Positions 13,280 to 25,521 of a stretch of DNA of 64,000 bases are shown here, one piece after another. The stretch's first letter is position 1, and the number at the start of each line of letters is the position of its first letter. This DNA comes from Felis catus (Eukaryota), in assembly GCF_018350175.1 (NCBI RefSeq), contig NC_058368.1, forward strand, positions 212,228,001 through 212,292,000. The letters run 5' to 3'. Below the pieces are notes generated by a model. That model did not search any database and had not been told where the DNA came from. It worked only from the letters and a program-made list of their open reading frames with translations. The translations under genes were made by a program, and so were the position numbers.

Positions 13280-13286
13280 TCTGGAA

Positions 13287-13483
13287 CACTAGTTCTTAAT
13301 CAGGGATGATTTTGTCCCTGGGAGACATTTGACAATGACTGGAAACATTGGGAGGGGAGGAAGTGCTATAAGAATCTAGTGAGTAGAGGCCAAGGATGCT
13401 GCTAAACATTCTACATGACAGCCCCCCAACCAATAAAGATTTGTCTGGTTCAAAGTGTGAATAGTTTTGAAGTTGAAAAGCTG
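13287..13483 (+). mobile_element. MER20 (hAT-Charlie) DNA transposon
   Basis: gatgattttgtccctgggagacatttgacaatgactgga...tctagtgagtagaggccaaggatgctgctaaacattctac matches the MER20 consensus as recalled. Confidence 0.8.
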
Positions 13484-14265
13484 CACTACAACAATATCAC
13501 CCTGGAGTGAGCAGCAGCATTTCTGGGTTGAGTAAAACTGAGCCCACCCTAAAATTTAGAACTCATAAGAGGACCAATGAGGTGAGTCAGAAAACCTTCA
13601 AAGAATAAAAAAAATTATCAGGATTCAAAGCACATTAGCTTGAAAAAGCATCTTAATGGAGGGGACAAAGGATTGTGAGTATAGCTCCAAAAGAGTCTTG
13701 AATCAGCCCCTGGGGGTTCAGGTGTTTGATCTTAGAGCTGGGGGCAATAAACTAAAAGCAAATAAAATAGAAAAATGACATCTTAGGGACTTGGAATAAC
13801 CTCCTCCAACTGAGGTTTCTACCCAAACAGAACAGATGTAATCAGCCAGATCAAATTAACACCTTTACTAAGGATAAGGCTGGTTTAGAGAGCATACCAT
13901 AGATGCAGATGGAAAAGAGTTTTCCTATTCTTCTCTACATCTCCAAATTGCAGGCTCAAGAAGGATGGGGGCTAGAGAGGGAGAGAAAGAGAGAGGTGGA
14001 TCTCTCAACCCATTAACCTGTTAATAAAAGTATCCATGGCCTTTAAATGTTCACCAATGGCAGCATTCTGTCCTGTACTGGGAGGAGCTCTTGACAAGGG
14101 TGTCATAAAGGTCCAGAAGCATATCCCAACACTACCAACACTGAGGCCTCTTGTTTCTATGGGAGAGAGGTAAAAGAGCATGAAGGGAAGAGATGTGGGG
14201 GTGGGGGAACAGAGAAGGTATTTTGTAAAAATGGTACCTTTTCCAGAAGTCCTAATTGAAGATAG

Positions 14266-14483
14266 ATTTTTTTAATTAAAAAATTATTTTAACATCTGTT
14301 TATTTTTAAGAGAGAAAGACAGAGCACGACTGCGGGAGGGGAAGAGAGAGAGGAAGACACAGAATCCGAAGCAGGCTCCAGGCTCTGAGCTGTCAGCACA
14401 GAGCCCTACACAGGGCTTGAACTCACAGACCTCAAGATCATGACCTGAGCCAAATTCGGACACTTAACTGAGCCACCCAGGCA
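14266..14483 (-). mobile_element. CanSINE (SINEC_Fc-type)
   Basis: agaatccgaagcaggctccaggctctgagctgtcagcacagagcc...gagccacccaggca; flanking TGAAGATA duplication. Confidence 0.92.
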
Positions 14484-15909
14484 TGAAGATATTTTTTTAA
14501 AGATCATAAGGAAAAGACTTGTCAGGAAGAGTAGAAAAACAAGACCAGAAGTTAATGAGAGTGATCCTGCCTTCTGCGCCCACTCCCCAACCAAGCATTG
14601 CCCACACTTTCACTGGACAACCCCAGGCCCCTTCTTTTTAGTGGAAGAGGCTGGCACACCTCCATCACCAGCTTTGTGGGATGTTGCCAGGACTAGAGGT
14701 CCTCAATGACAGTGCTGTGGCTTCTGCATATGGTGCCTGGCACCAGCATAATATCAAAGGATTCCCAAAGAAGCAGCATAGTCTGCCTGGAGCTGGGCAT
14801 CAGACATCAGCCAGCCGGGGGTAGGGGGTGGGGGGTGGGGTCCTCTGCCCAAATGCCATCTACAGTGGTGCCTCTGGCACCATCCCTGCACAGCATCCTC
14901 TTTGGCTGCTATGACAACTAGGAAACATCCCCATAGCCAGCTGTGTTGTGGCAGGACAGGAAAATAATAAGCTGTGGGAGAAAGTCATTAAGAGAATTAG
15001 TCCACAGGAGACATTCTCTTGTTGCTCCCAAACTATCAGAGAGGAATTTGCAGGGTCTGGAAATCCCTCAGAGCAGGTTGGAACAGATCCAGGGAAAAAC
15101 CCTTAACTATCACTCACTATATTCTTAATTCCAGGCTAAGATCTACTTACAATTCTTTTACCAACATACCACTCCTCTAGATGTAGCCCTTGGAGGGGAG
15201 GGAAAATATTTTTTGTTATTTCTATTCCAGGAACCTAGCTCACTGTCTAGCACACAGTGTGTGTTCAACAAAAATGTGTTGATGCCAAGTGAAGGATCTG
15301 GGAAGACACATGAAAGTCTTTTAGCAGCTGAGAGATGAAAGATTATTCTGGAAGTTGAACTTGATAATCCATTCAGAACCAACACAGAGAACTAAACTAA
15401 CCATCTTAGCTAGTAATCAACAATTAATTACAGGGACTTGAAACATTCCAGCAATTTTCAGTAGCAGTATTTGGGAACATGATGTGCCCCATGAAACACC
15501 CTTTCATGCAGGATCCAGGGGCTGAAGCTAAGGAGCCCAGTGTTTCCACTTTACTAATGTCTGATACTCATCCTCTTTCTGAGGTCTTCCCAGTGTTTGA
15601 AAGAGAGGCAGTGTGGTGGGGACCAAACATACGAAACTGGGAGCAGAAGAACTGGATGCTGTCTGTTCCGCCACCACCAAGTTGTGGACTTTGGGCAAGT
15701 CTTCGGCATTCACCTACATTTCTGTCTCCTGATGTGTGATCAGCTCCCTTATGGCAATAGTCATTTTTACATTTATCATTAACACCCCAGTTCTCAACAC
15801 CATGCCTGACATGGAAAGGATACCTGGTCAAGTGCAGCAAACAGTTGCCTGGACAGCTCTACTTGTGAAACAAGTCTGGGTGTGTGAGGGCTGTTAAAGC
15901 CACAGGAAA

Positions 15910-16106
15910 GGGGTGCCTGAATGGTTCAGTTAAGCGTCAATTTTTCATTTCAGCTCAGGTTGTGATCTCAAGGTCCAGAAGATTGAGCCCCATGTAGAGC
16001 TTCGAACTGAGAGCATGGAGCCTGCTTAGGATTCTCTCTCTCCCTCTCTCTCTCTGCCCCTCCTCCTACTCGCATGCTCTCTCTTTCTCTCAAAATAATT
16101 TTTAAA
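15910..16106 (+). mobile_element. CanSINE
   Basis: ggggtgcctg...tcagttaagcgtc head, CT tract, A-rich tail; flanking ccacagg duplication. Confidence 0.88.
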
Positions 16107-16197
16107 AACCACAGGGAAAACATGATGCAGCTTCTGAATTATCAATTTGCTGCAAAGTTGGGAGAAGAGAAGCATTTTTTTTAAATAAAATATGTAT

Positions 16198-16380
16198 GAG
16201 GTGCCTGGGTGGCTCAGTCAGTTAAGCATCAGACTCTTGATTTCAGCTCAGGTCATGATCTCATGGTTCATGGGATCGAGCCCTGCTGTGCAGACAGCAT
16301 GGAGCCTGCTTGGGATTCTCTCTCCCTCTCTGCCCCTCTCTCTCACTCAAAAAAATACATGAATTTTATTAAATAAAGTA
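16198..16380 (+). mobile_element. CanSINE
   Basis: gtgcctgggtggctcagtcagttaagcatcagactcttgatttcagctcaggtcatgatctc...CT tract, A tail. Confidence 0.9.
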
Positions 16381-16984
16381 AAACACATATTGGATAGAAT
16401 GAAATATAAGTCTTTAAAATAAAATAAGAAACTTCAAGAGCATTTCCTCAATTGTGGGGGCTACTTCAGTCAGCCCCCCTGGGCCTCTCTCTCCTGCCTC
16501 AGCATTCTTTGTGGAAATGTTTAAGGCTGAATTCAGTGCTCTTTGAAGTCAGATCTGCTCTGATATTCTGTGACATGATGATTCCTTACAATCTGGCCAC
16601 TGTCAAAATCCCCCTGGACATTCCCCTCTGTCCCTCCAGTGCGACACAGTTCCTCACTGCAATCCCACCCACAAGGCTCTTTGTTTGCTAATCCAATTTT
16701 CCTGACAGTCAAAAAAGCTTTGGTGGCAGCTGACTTCCTTTTTCCACTCCACCCTTCACCCCATCACCCTGCACTATCCTGGAACTAGTCATGGGCAGGA
16801 TGCCAAGGAAAACAGCAGTACTCTTCCAGTTTCAACTCATGGCAGCCAACTGCTGAGACCATGACTCTGAGGATGGGATAAGCAATCCATCCAGGGCACT
16901 TCATCCAGCTGGTTTGTTTACCCTGGTCAGGGGCAGGAGGCTGGGGGCCGCTCCTGCCAGAGGGGACCAGCTGCAATCTTCTAG

Positions 16985-17122
16985 TTATGATTGCCGCATC
17001 CCAAACTTCCCCCAAATTTAGTGGTGTAAGAACAACCATCATTTTATTGTGCTCACAGATTCTGTGGGTCAGAGACTCAGCACGCAGGCTCACAGAGAGA
17101 TAATTCGTCTCTGCTCCATGAT
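16985..17122 (-). mobile_element. MaLR LTR fragment (MLT1E/F-like), apparently continuing near 17725-17800
   Basis: aaatttagtggtgtaagaacaaccatcattttattgtgctcacagattctgtgggtcag...gtctctgctccatgatg. Confidence 0.55.
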
Positions 17123-17124
17123 GT

Positions 17125-17720
17125 TGAGAACTGCAAAAACTTTGCATGAACGACTCTGTCCAAAGCTCTACATTTAGGGACTTGACCAAATGGACCAAAT
17201 GTTAGCCTGGATTCTAACAGCTTAAGGCCTTGTCCCTGGGACAACCCACCCTACCCTCACCTCTCATCCCACCCCAGTTGAGTTTCTGTCTGGAAAAGCT
17301 TAAATGTGTGGAAAGAATTTAGCATTTGTTCCAGCCAACATTTGAGGATAGGCCCCTGACTTCCCTTTTCTTAGAGTATTTATTAAAAACTTATAAATCC
17401 TTTCTCCATCCATTTGAGACATGTGTGTATCTCCTGCAACCTAGGAGTGTCTTTCTCTGGGACTGAAAGCCATTCCTTTGAAATACAATCATCAACAATG
17501 GAAAGGTGCCTGTTTTTCAGTCTCTGTGGGAGGATAGAAACCTCACTTTGAGAGAGATGACCTAATGACATTGACATTGACTAACCCCATTTTAGTAATT
17601 TTTCACTTTATTACTCTGCTCAAGACCCCACTCACTCCTTCTCCCCATCTCTCACTCTCCCTTGAAAACACCATCACTACTGCACAAACTGGAGCTGAGC
17701 TCACAACAGTGAGGTCTCTT
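17125..17720 (+). mobile_element. ERV1-type LTR (MER34-like) nested in the MLT1 element
   Basis: ccagccaaca...ataggcccctgac...cttagagtattt...ggagtgtctttctc...gaaagccattcctttgaaat...tctctgtgggagg resembles MER34-family LTRs; ends approximate. Confidence 0.55.
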
Positions 17721-17830
17721 CCTACATTCAAGGGCAGAGGACATAATCCCACCTCTCAATGAAGCAGGTGCCAAATAACTGGGGCTTTGCTCTGAAACCA
17801 CCTCACGCACCAAGTCCCAAGTTCCCCGTA

Positions 17831-18230
17831 CAATAGAACTTCACCATTCGCAGATTCTGCGTTTGATAATTTGCTATTTTGGAGTCACAACTCCAAAGTC
17901 AATAGTAGCAATGCTGTCACAGATACATGCCACCTGCACGCATGGTCTCAGCTAAAGTTGAACAAGGCGATGCTCTGCCTTCTTGTTTCAGCTCTCGTAT
18001 GGTAAACAAATGTTCTTTTCGTGGTCTATTTAGTGCCATGTTTGTTTGCAGTTCAGTACTTTTTGTTGATTTCACTGGCTAAAATGGCCTTTGAGTATAG
18101 TGCTGAAGTGCCGTCTGGTGCTTCTAGGTGTGAGAAGGCTGTGACGTGCATTCTGAAGTCTGAGAGAACATTGGGTTAGAATGACCTCCACAGGTCATGG
18201 CATTCCATGACCATGAGAGTCAAGGTAAAG
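17831..18230 (+). mobile_element. MER6-like (TcMar-Tigger) DNA transposon
   Basis: aacaaggcgatgctctgccttcttgtttcagctctc...ggtctatttagtgcca...tagtgctgaagtgccgtct...gaaggctgtga. Confidence 0.75.
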
Positions 18231-18284
18231 CATTCATGTGGTATTCCATTGTCATTAATCTGCAAGAACTACACTACCGGTCCT

Positions 18285-18625
18285 AAAAGCTTGCACAAGA
18301 ATGCTGATACAGCTTTATTCAAAATAGCCAAAACACTGGAAGCTATCCTGGTGTCTGTCAACAGCAGAAATGATAAGCTGTGATATATCATGAAACACTT
18401 CTCAACAATAAAAAGGAAAAACTATAGATATATGCAACAATATGCAAGGCCTCAAGACATACGCTGAGTATGAGAAGCTGTACCCAAAAGAAGACATACT
18501 ATATAATTCTTTCTTAAAATAAAATTTGAAAACAAGCCCAACCAATATACAGTGGAAAAAATCAGAGTAATAGTTGCCTCTAGGGGTTGGGCGAAAGCGG
18601 GAATTGACTAGAAAGGGCCATATGA
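18285..18625 (+). mobile_element. Old L1 (L1ME-like) 3' fragment
   Basis: cagctttattcaaaatagccaaaacactggaa...caacaataaaaaggaaaaactatagatatatgcaacaa. Confidence 0.55.
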
Positions 18626-18639
18626 AATATTGTTGGGCT

Positions 18640-18732
18640 CTGAGCCCAGAATTTCTGATTCAGGACCAAGAATCTGCATTTCTAATAAGTTTCCAGCAGC
18701 TAGTCTTGGAAATCATACTTTGAGAACCAGTG
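18640..18732 (-). mobile_element. MER5A fragment
   Basis: agaatttctgattcagg...gaatctgcatttctaataag...tactttgagaaccagtg. Confidence 0.6.
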
Positions 18733-18759
18733 CTCCAATCTAACCTTGATTGATTGATA

Positions 18760-19210
18760 CAGCAGACACCCCTGCTGTCCATGTCACATTTCCAAAGCCT
18801 TCTTTTCTTTCTGTATGAGCCTAGAGTCATCTTGCTTCAAGCACATGCTGTACATCTGGTTGCTTTCCGCTCCAGAGCACTCACGTACATGCAGCTCTGA
18901 AAGGCAGAGGAGCTAAGACTGCTGGGGGCAACTCTCAACCAATGGGAGTGGACATCGTGGATAAATGTTCAGGACAAATCTGGAGGACCCTCCATGCTTC
19001 GCAGGAGGGGCTAGCATTGTTGCCCACAGCAGCCTCTTTTTTTTTAACCAGCATTTTTTTTCCTTTTTAGCAGCAACCTCTATAGCACACCCTGAAGTTG
19101 GCTTTTCCACCTTCCCAGCTCCCTCACTTCTGTTTCCTGAGACCACCCTCCATATAAGCTATTCTCATCCAAGTCCTTGTCTCAGGTTCTGGGGGAACCC
19201 AAACAAAGAT
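18760..19210 (+). mobile_element. LTR16-like ERVL LTR
   Basis: Ends aagtccttgtctcaggttctgggggaacccaaacaaaga, typical of LTR16 3' termini; 5' end approximate. Confidence 0.5.
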
Positions 19211-20189
19211 AACTGGTGAATATTGGGAGATGAAACAAGGCTGAAAATGATCACAAGGGTGGCACCTGACATTACCATAGAAAAGAAAGATGGTGGATGG
19301 TGTCCATCACTTTGAATGTGCTGCTTCCTTACCAAATCTAGTGTTCCACATTTCCCATTTGAACCTCCAGTGCCTATTCCATTCTTCTGCAAAGATCTAT
19401 CTGCTCTCACAGTTTGGCCTTGGCTGGGGCAGAACCCAGGATGGTGGCTTGGTGTCACAGGGCTGAGTACAAGTGGCTCAATATAAAACACCATTTTTCT
19501 TGCTGGTCAGTAATGCCTGTTTCTCAGGACACTCCCTAGATTCTGACCTCTAAGTCCCCAGATGTGCCTGATCTCTGAGCCCCTTGAGAGTCTCCTGATC
19601 ACAAAGTTAATGCCTCACACTTCATCATTGGATTCTGCTTCCTTGTTAGGTCACTTTGGTCTGATCCTTATCTGTCAGGGGAAGCATTAGAACAGCATGA
19701 ATGAAACACAGAAAGATGGTTGTATATGCATGGCCCAGTGCAGTAAACTGTGAGGTCACCAGCATCCAAACATGACAGGTCTGGCACTCGGGCATACTTA
19801 TAGCCCTCAGACCCAAAATATTACACTTGGAGACAATCAATATTGGCAGGAACAAGAACAGCAACTCTCTGGAATCCAGGGAATGAGACATTATCCCATA
19901 ATGAGGAGGTATTTGGGGACAGCAAGGCCAGCCTTGGGTGTCCTCCATTCTCTCATGTCCCAGGCGGCCAGCCTAATGAGCTTGCTTCTCCGCTCCCACA
20001 CAGCCTCTTCATGATGCATCTCTGGAGACTGATTCTAGAGCTCTCCAGGGCAAGGGTAATTTCCCTAGTCTCCTAATTGATTTTCTCTCCCAAACCTCTC
20101 CCAGTGTTGCCTCATCTTGGACCTGCACATCTATGGTCCTAGGTCATCCTTACTGCCTCTGGCACAAACCTGGGCTTAGCCATGCGTGG

Positions 20190-20205
20190 GCTGCCCCCTG
20201 GTGGC
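20190..20205 (-). promoter_or_regulatory. Candidate CTCF binding site
   Basis: Minus strand reads GCCACCAGGGGGCAGC, a near-consensus CTCF core. Confidence 0.6.
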
Positions 20206-23200
20206 TAGCTTCATGAAGAGAAAAGTTGCACAAACCTCCCTGGCCAACACGCAAAGCTGGTGTTTCCCATTTAAAATCACCGATTCTCAACAGGAAAGAA
20301 ATCCCCTTGTGAGGAGAAATTAGAGTGGTAGACAGTGGTGGTGCCAATCAGCTAATAAACAGGAACACCTTTCTCCAACTCGGCGGAAATAATTGTTAAT
20401 GGATTCCAATGGGTGGACCCTCAGGGGACCAGCTTAAAACTATAGCCACACAAAATGACAATTTGTTTTCGGCTGACTGTCCTTGCATCTGTTTTTGATT
20501 TCAGACAACGGATAAACTAATGAAGCATGAGATTAAATTAGCTCTCCTTGACCCTCATGGGTTGGGAAATGAATTTGTTACGTATTGCTGGTACGTAACA
20601 ATTGCCCTTTATTGACTCTATGATCCACCAAAGAGTAGGATATTAAGAAAACTCTCCTTCACTTGTGTTCGGGCACACGGGCATCCGAAGCCATCTGAAT
20701 GGGCATCTGAGCCTCAGAAGCTAAGGAAGGAAGATGCAGGCTGACAAACATTTCTTCTCTCCTTCTTCCTTAGGGAATTACAACCTGGGAGCAAGAGGGT
20801 TACTTTTAAATTAAAATTGTCATATTAAAATTAAATTGTCAATTAAAATTAATTGTCAGATTACTGGGAGCAGGGAGATCAGAAGGGGAGGTGGTGCAGC
20901 TGTGAGCTCCATTGTAGGAATTTTTTTTTTTCAAGATACTTACCAAGCTGAAATCTCGCTGACAACTCATTTGTACCATAGTATTCCTAATACATTTTCA
21001 CAACACAATTCCACAGGCCAGCTTCCCCAAAGATGCATTGCTAGGCTATCATGCATGACCTCTGAGGTCCAAGGTAGAAAAAATACCCACTCTTGCCAAG
21101 TAAACAAGGATCTTCTGGGGCTCCTTGGCAGGTTACTTAGCAGATATGCCTCTGGGCCGTGTCTGTTTGGCAGGATCTTGTCTAGGGTCTTTAGTGAATA
21201 AGAGGAGTCCTCCTGACATTAAAGGCTGTACAGGTAAGAAAATAGAAACCTAGTGTCAGCATAATTGCAGCATTCACTTGTTCATTAAGGATTTTAATTA
21301 TTGACTGCCCATTAGGCAACGAGCACCATGCTTTAACTTATGATCAATTCAAAGAAGTATTAAGTCTCCACCTTAAAGGAGTTTGCCATCCAGCAGAGAG
21401 CTAAACTAAGCATCTAAAAAAAATTAAAAATCAAAATACAGCAAAAGGGAATAAAGCAAAAGATTCCACAAAGCAGAATCGTTAGTGTATAGGGAATCCG
21501 AATAACCAGCCATCAGAGTTTAGAAAAATCACCCACAGGGAGAAGTCATCTGAGTAGCCCAGTCTAAGTACAATGACTCACTGAAAGAAATATGGTCCCA
21601 CAACCAAAAAGCAAGTGGAAAGTATTTCCAAACTTTGCTAGCTTCTCCCAAAAAACATGAAGGAATGCAATTCCAAACCTACGTCTATATTTCTTTCCAT
21701 TTTTTCTTCTCCCTTCTAGTCCCACATTTAGAGGCTAATTTTGTCCCACCCTAATTCTTCCCACAGTTGTCAGGAAGTCCCAAACCTCCCCTACTTGTCC
21801 AACTTCTCCAGGCCAGAGTCTAGCTAACCACTCTCCTCAACTGGCAACATAAAACCCAGGAATGGGCTTGTCGATGACAGGACCATCCTCAGAGGGTCAG
21901 GACTGAAGGCAAGCTGAAAGGCAAGAACAAAACACAAATTGCCTCCAGCAGGCCATTGGTCTGGGGTGTAATAAGGAAGAGGTTGAGCAGCAGGACTAAT
22001 AAACTTTGTTCCCACCACTAGTAAGATCGCCAGATGAATGGAAATTGCCACCTGTAGAAGTCGCCTCGGGCTTTGGAATATCGGGTGTGGAATATCGGAG
22101 ACAAGACATTGGCAGTGGTGACTCTTAGAGGAATATCATGAGATATTAATATTTCATTCCAACATTTGAACTGTGATTTAGCCAAACTACCCTAAGTCTA
22201 CTTATATTTATTTAACAGTCTTAGAAATGTTAATTCAATGCATACTCTGCAACATATGTTATACCAATTACACACACACACGTCTGAGTGAAGCAGAAGG
22301 ATCATCTGTATTTGCTCCATATTCATTTGTCTTGGCTTCTGCCAACCTTTCCTTGCAAAGAAGGAATAGTGGTCACCAATGTCTCAAGGAAAAAGTGTTG
22401 GGAAAAAAAATTCTAAAATTTTCCTACTTTCACTTACTTTTAATTGGAGAAAGGCTCACTGGTATCTAATTTTTGGTGTGAGTTCATGGAACACTGACAA
22501 AGTTTGCTGTCATTCCCCTAATCAAAGCAGTAAGAGTTGGAACTGGAAATCTTGTCTAGTTACGCCAACGTGTGAAAGTCAGCTGAGGCTCAACTGACAC
22601 CGTTGATCTGTTCCAGGGAAAAACATGGAGAAAAAAGTCGGTGGCTCTTCACAGAGCATAAGATAAAAGTTTGCATGTGCTTTCCCACCACTTTCCAAAA
22701 TAGAAAGTCATTCACCACCTGATACAACTATCACCATTAACTGATAAAGTACCCCTGGAAATATAATAAATTGACATTCTGGTTTATCCATCAATTTCCT
22801 GTGAGCTTGGTTAATATAAGTCAATTCCCCTAAATCAGATAAAATTCAGTTTCTAAAGCTGGAAGGTCAGAACTCAGATTAGGATTGAGCCATCCCCTCA
22901 AAATGCTACCTTTTGAGGTCCAGTGTAAGTAGCCAGCTGACCACTCACTGTGGCATCTAAACCTCTGCTCTTCCTGATCTCACTAAACAAGGGAGTGACA
23001 GAGGCAATATGTTCTGAGAATTGCAGCGTCTGGCATGGTGCCTGCCAGCTAGTGAGAGCTTAACAATTTGTGGAAATCATCTTTTCTTTTGTTCGTTGAT
23101 TTCTAGGAGGGCTGTGTGGTCAAGAACTGGGGCGGGGCGGGGTGGGAGGGGGAGGAGGCAGCAAATAGAAGGCTGGAGAAGAGGAGGGAGGCAGAGGTGA

Positions 23201-24539
23201 AAAGACACAGGTCACGCTCTGTGACATGAAAGCAGCCTGTCTCCGGCGAGGATGGAGCAGTGTGTGAGTCTGTGGGCGTCCAGGAGGGGAGATGAGGAGT
23301 GGAGTGCACAAGAGGCTGAACCACAGAGACCATATCCTGCCCTATTCACCCACCTCGGCGGGAGACCAAGGGCACAGCCGGGCCATCTCCGAGGGGACTG
23401 GACTTTCCTCCTGATCTTCAGACTAACCTGAAGCCTCCTCCTGTCCGGACCAGACCCAGCCTGCAGCAGCCCCGGCAACTGAGGGGAACACGTGCAGGCT
23501 TTCTCTAAAGCTGCCAAAGGTTTTTCACCAGGCAAATGTTAGTACCCACCCTATCCTGCCCATTCTGGGCCCCAAGAGATGCTTGCTTTAGCCTTGCCCC
23601 ACTGTGAGGCCTGGAGTAACAGTACAATTGAGGGTCCACATCCCAAATGTTTCAATGCATAAAGGTTATCAAACAAGCTACATCTTCAACCCAGTCTGGG
23701 TTTCTATCCAGCGTCGGATGGCCCTCTCTCCTTGTGACTGAGAAGCTTGTGACTGATGAATCATCCCTGAGCTGGCCCTGCCTCCTGAGAATGTGGCCCA
23801 GACCCAGGACTGAACCCAAGTCCCTGATGGAGAATGACCTGGCCAAGCTCCCCAGGTCAGGAAGTTTCCCCTCCCCCATGCCTCCCTTTTCCAGCTCAAA
23901 ATCTGCAGGCAGTCCTGAACACCTTCCCAAACCACATGTCCCAGGCAGAGGAAGGGGAGAACACAGTTATCTGGGAAATGTGCTCTGCCCAGCACCCCTG
24001 CGCACTTGCCTTAGGGGCTTTGTGGTGGCCATCTTCAGGCAGGACAAGCCACGATCTGCCTGGTTTCCTTGGGTCTAGGCTGTGATTCCATGTCCTCAGC
24101 CTGCTCTCACACATCCTCAGATCCAAAGGTTCCTCTGCCCTGTGTATATCTGTTGTGTAAATAACAAAAACAAAACATGAACATTTACCCCTGGTTCTAC
24201 AGTCTATTTGAGGCATTTCAAACCAGGACCCACACCCAGGGCTTGTAACTCCAAAGGGCGATACAGGATAGCCAGTAATTCTAAATGGAGAGAACTGCCC
24301 TTTGCTACAGCATCTGCTGCGTGTAACTGAGGCATTCCGGAAGGAATCATCTTACATTCATAATCTTGAATAATTCTCATGATAACTCTCCCAACTAGTA
24401 CTAGGGAGAACATGCTATAGGGTGTCTCTCTCATGTCACTGTGCTCGAGAGCGCTGAAACAGGACAGAGTGACACAAGAAGAGGGAGGAAAAAGAGAACG
24501 ATGTTGCTGGCTTTCCTGCTGGAAGCTGAGCTTAAGTCC

Positions 24540-25027
24540 TCCAACAAACTGCCACAAACATGATGGCTTAAAACAACACATGTTTATTATTGTGTAATTC
24601 TGTAGGTTAGACGTCCAGTACAGGCCTCATAGGGTTAAAATCAAGGTGTTGGCAGAGCTGGACCCCCTGTGGAGCTACATCAGGGAATTTACTTCCTTGC
24701 CTCTCTTCCAGCTTCTGGAAGCTTCCAGCATTCCTTCACTCATGGTTCCTATCCTGTCTTCAAAGTCAGCACCGGCTGGTCAAGTTCTCCTCACATGGCA
24801 TCCCCCTGGCTGTTCTTTCATCTCCTTCTTTGACTTTCGATGAGCCTTGTGATTACATTGGACCCACCAGCATAATCCAGGATGCTCTCCCTGTTTTAGT
24901 GTGAGCTGATTAGCGACCTTAGTTCCCTCTGCAATGTTAATTCCCCTTTGCCATGAAACTAACCCATCCACAAATTCTAGGGAACAGGACATGGGAAGCT
25001 TTGGGGGGACATTACTATGCCGACTGT
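24540..25027 (-). mobile_element. MaLR solo LTR (MLT1D-like)
   Basis: ggcttaaaacaacacatgtttattatt...aaaatcaaggtgttggcagagctg...ccttgtgattacattggacccacc...ttggggggacattact. Confidence 0.8.
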
Positions 25028-25476
25028 AAAGGGTAACATCACAAAGGGCCTTGCCACCTTGTGGAGGAGTCTTTACTTTGGCCTAAGGATAGAAAGGGAT
25101 CATCAAAGGGTTTCAGTCAAGTGAATAATATGACACTGTGTTGTAGGCTAAACAGTTGTATTTTTTTTTTATCTGTAGTTGAGAACAGGGACTGGACCAA
25201 AGGAACTCCAGGCCTAAAATGGCCTGATACTAGGTCTTGGAGAAAGACCCATCCAGGAAACAGAGGAGAAATTATAGCCCACTTGTAGGCTACACTTGTG
25301 GATACCTGTAGCCCAATTCTCAAACCATATCCTCACCAAGTCTATGCCTAATACCTTGAGAGTCTACTGTAACTGAGATACTGCTACCCCACAGTCACCT
25401 CTACCTCTTTATGGAGCCAGGCTGGGTCAGAGAGCATATTTGTGAGGAAGCCAGAGAGCTGCCAGCCAAAGTGGGG

Positions 25477-25478
<2 letters not shown>

Positions 25479-25518
<40 letters not shown>
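25479..25518. repeat. (CA)n microsatellite
   Basis: About 20 perfect AC units. Confidence 0.97.

Positions 25519-25521
<3 letters not shown>

Noticed and set aside
23647..24216. Several overlapping 80-140 aa ORFs on both strands, likewise at 27100-27572
   Set aside because: GC-richer intergenic DNA gives longer chance ORFs; no domain similarity or consistent splice structure recognised.
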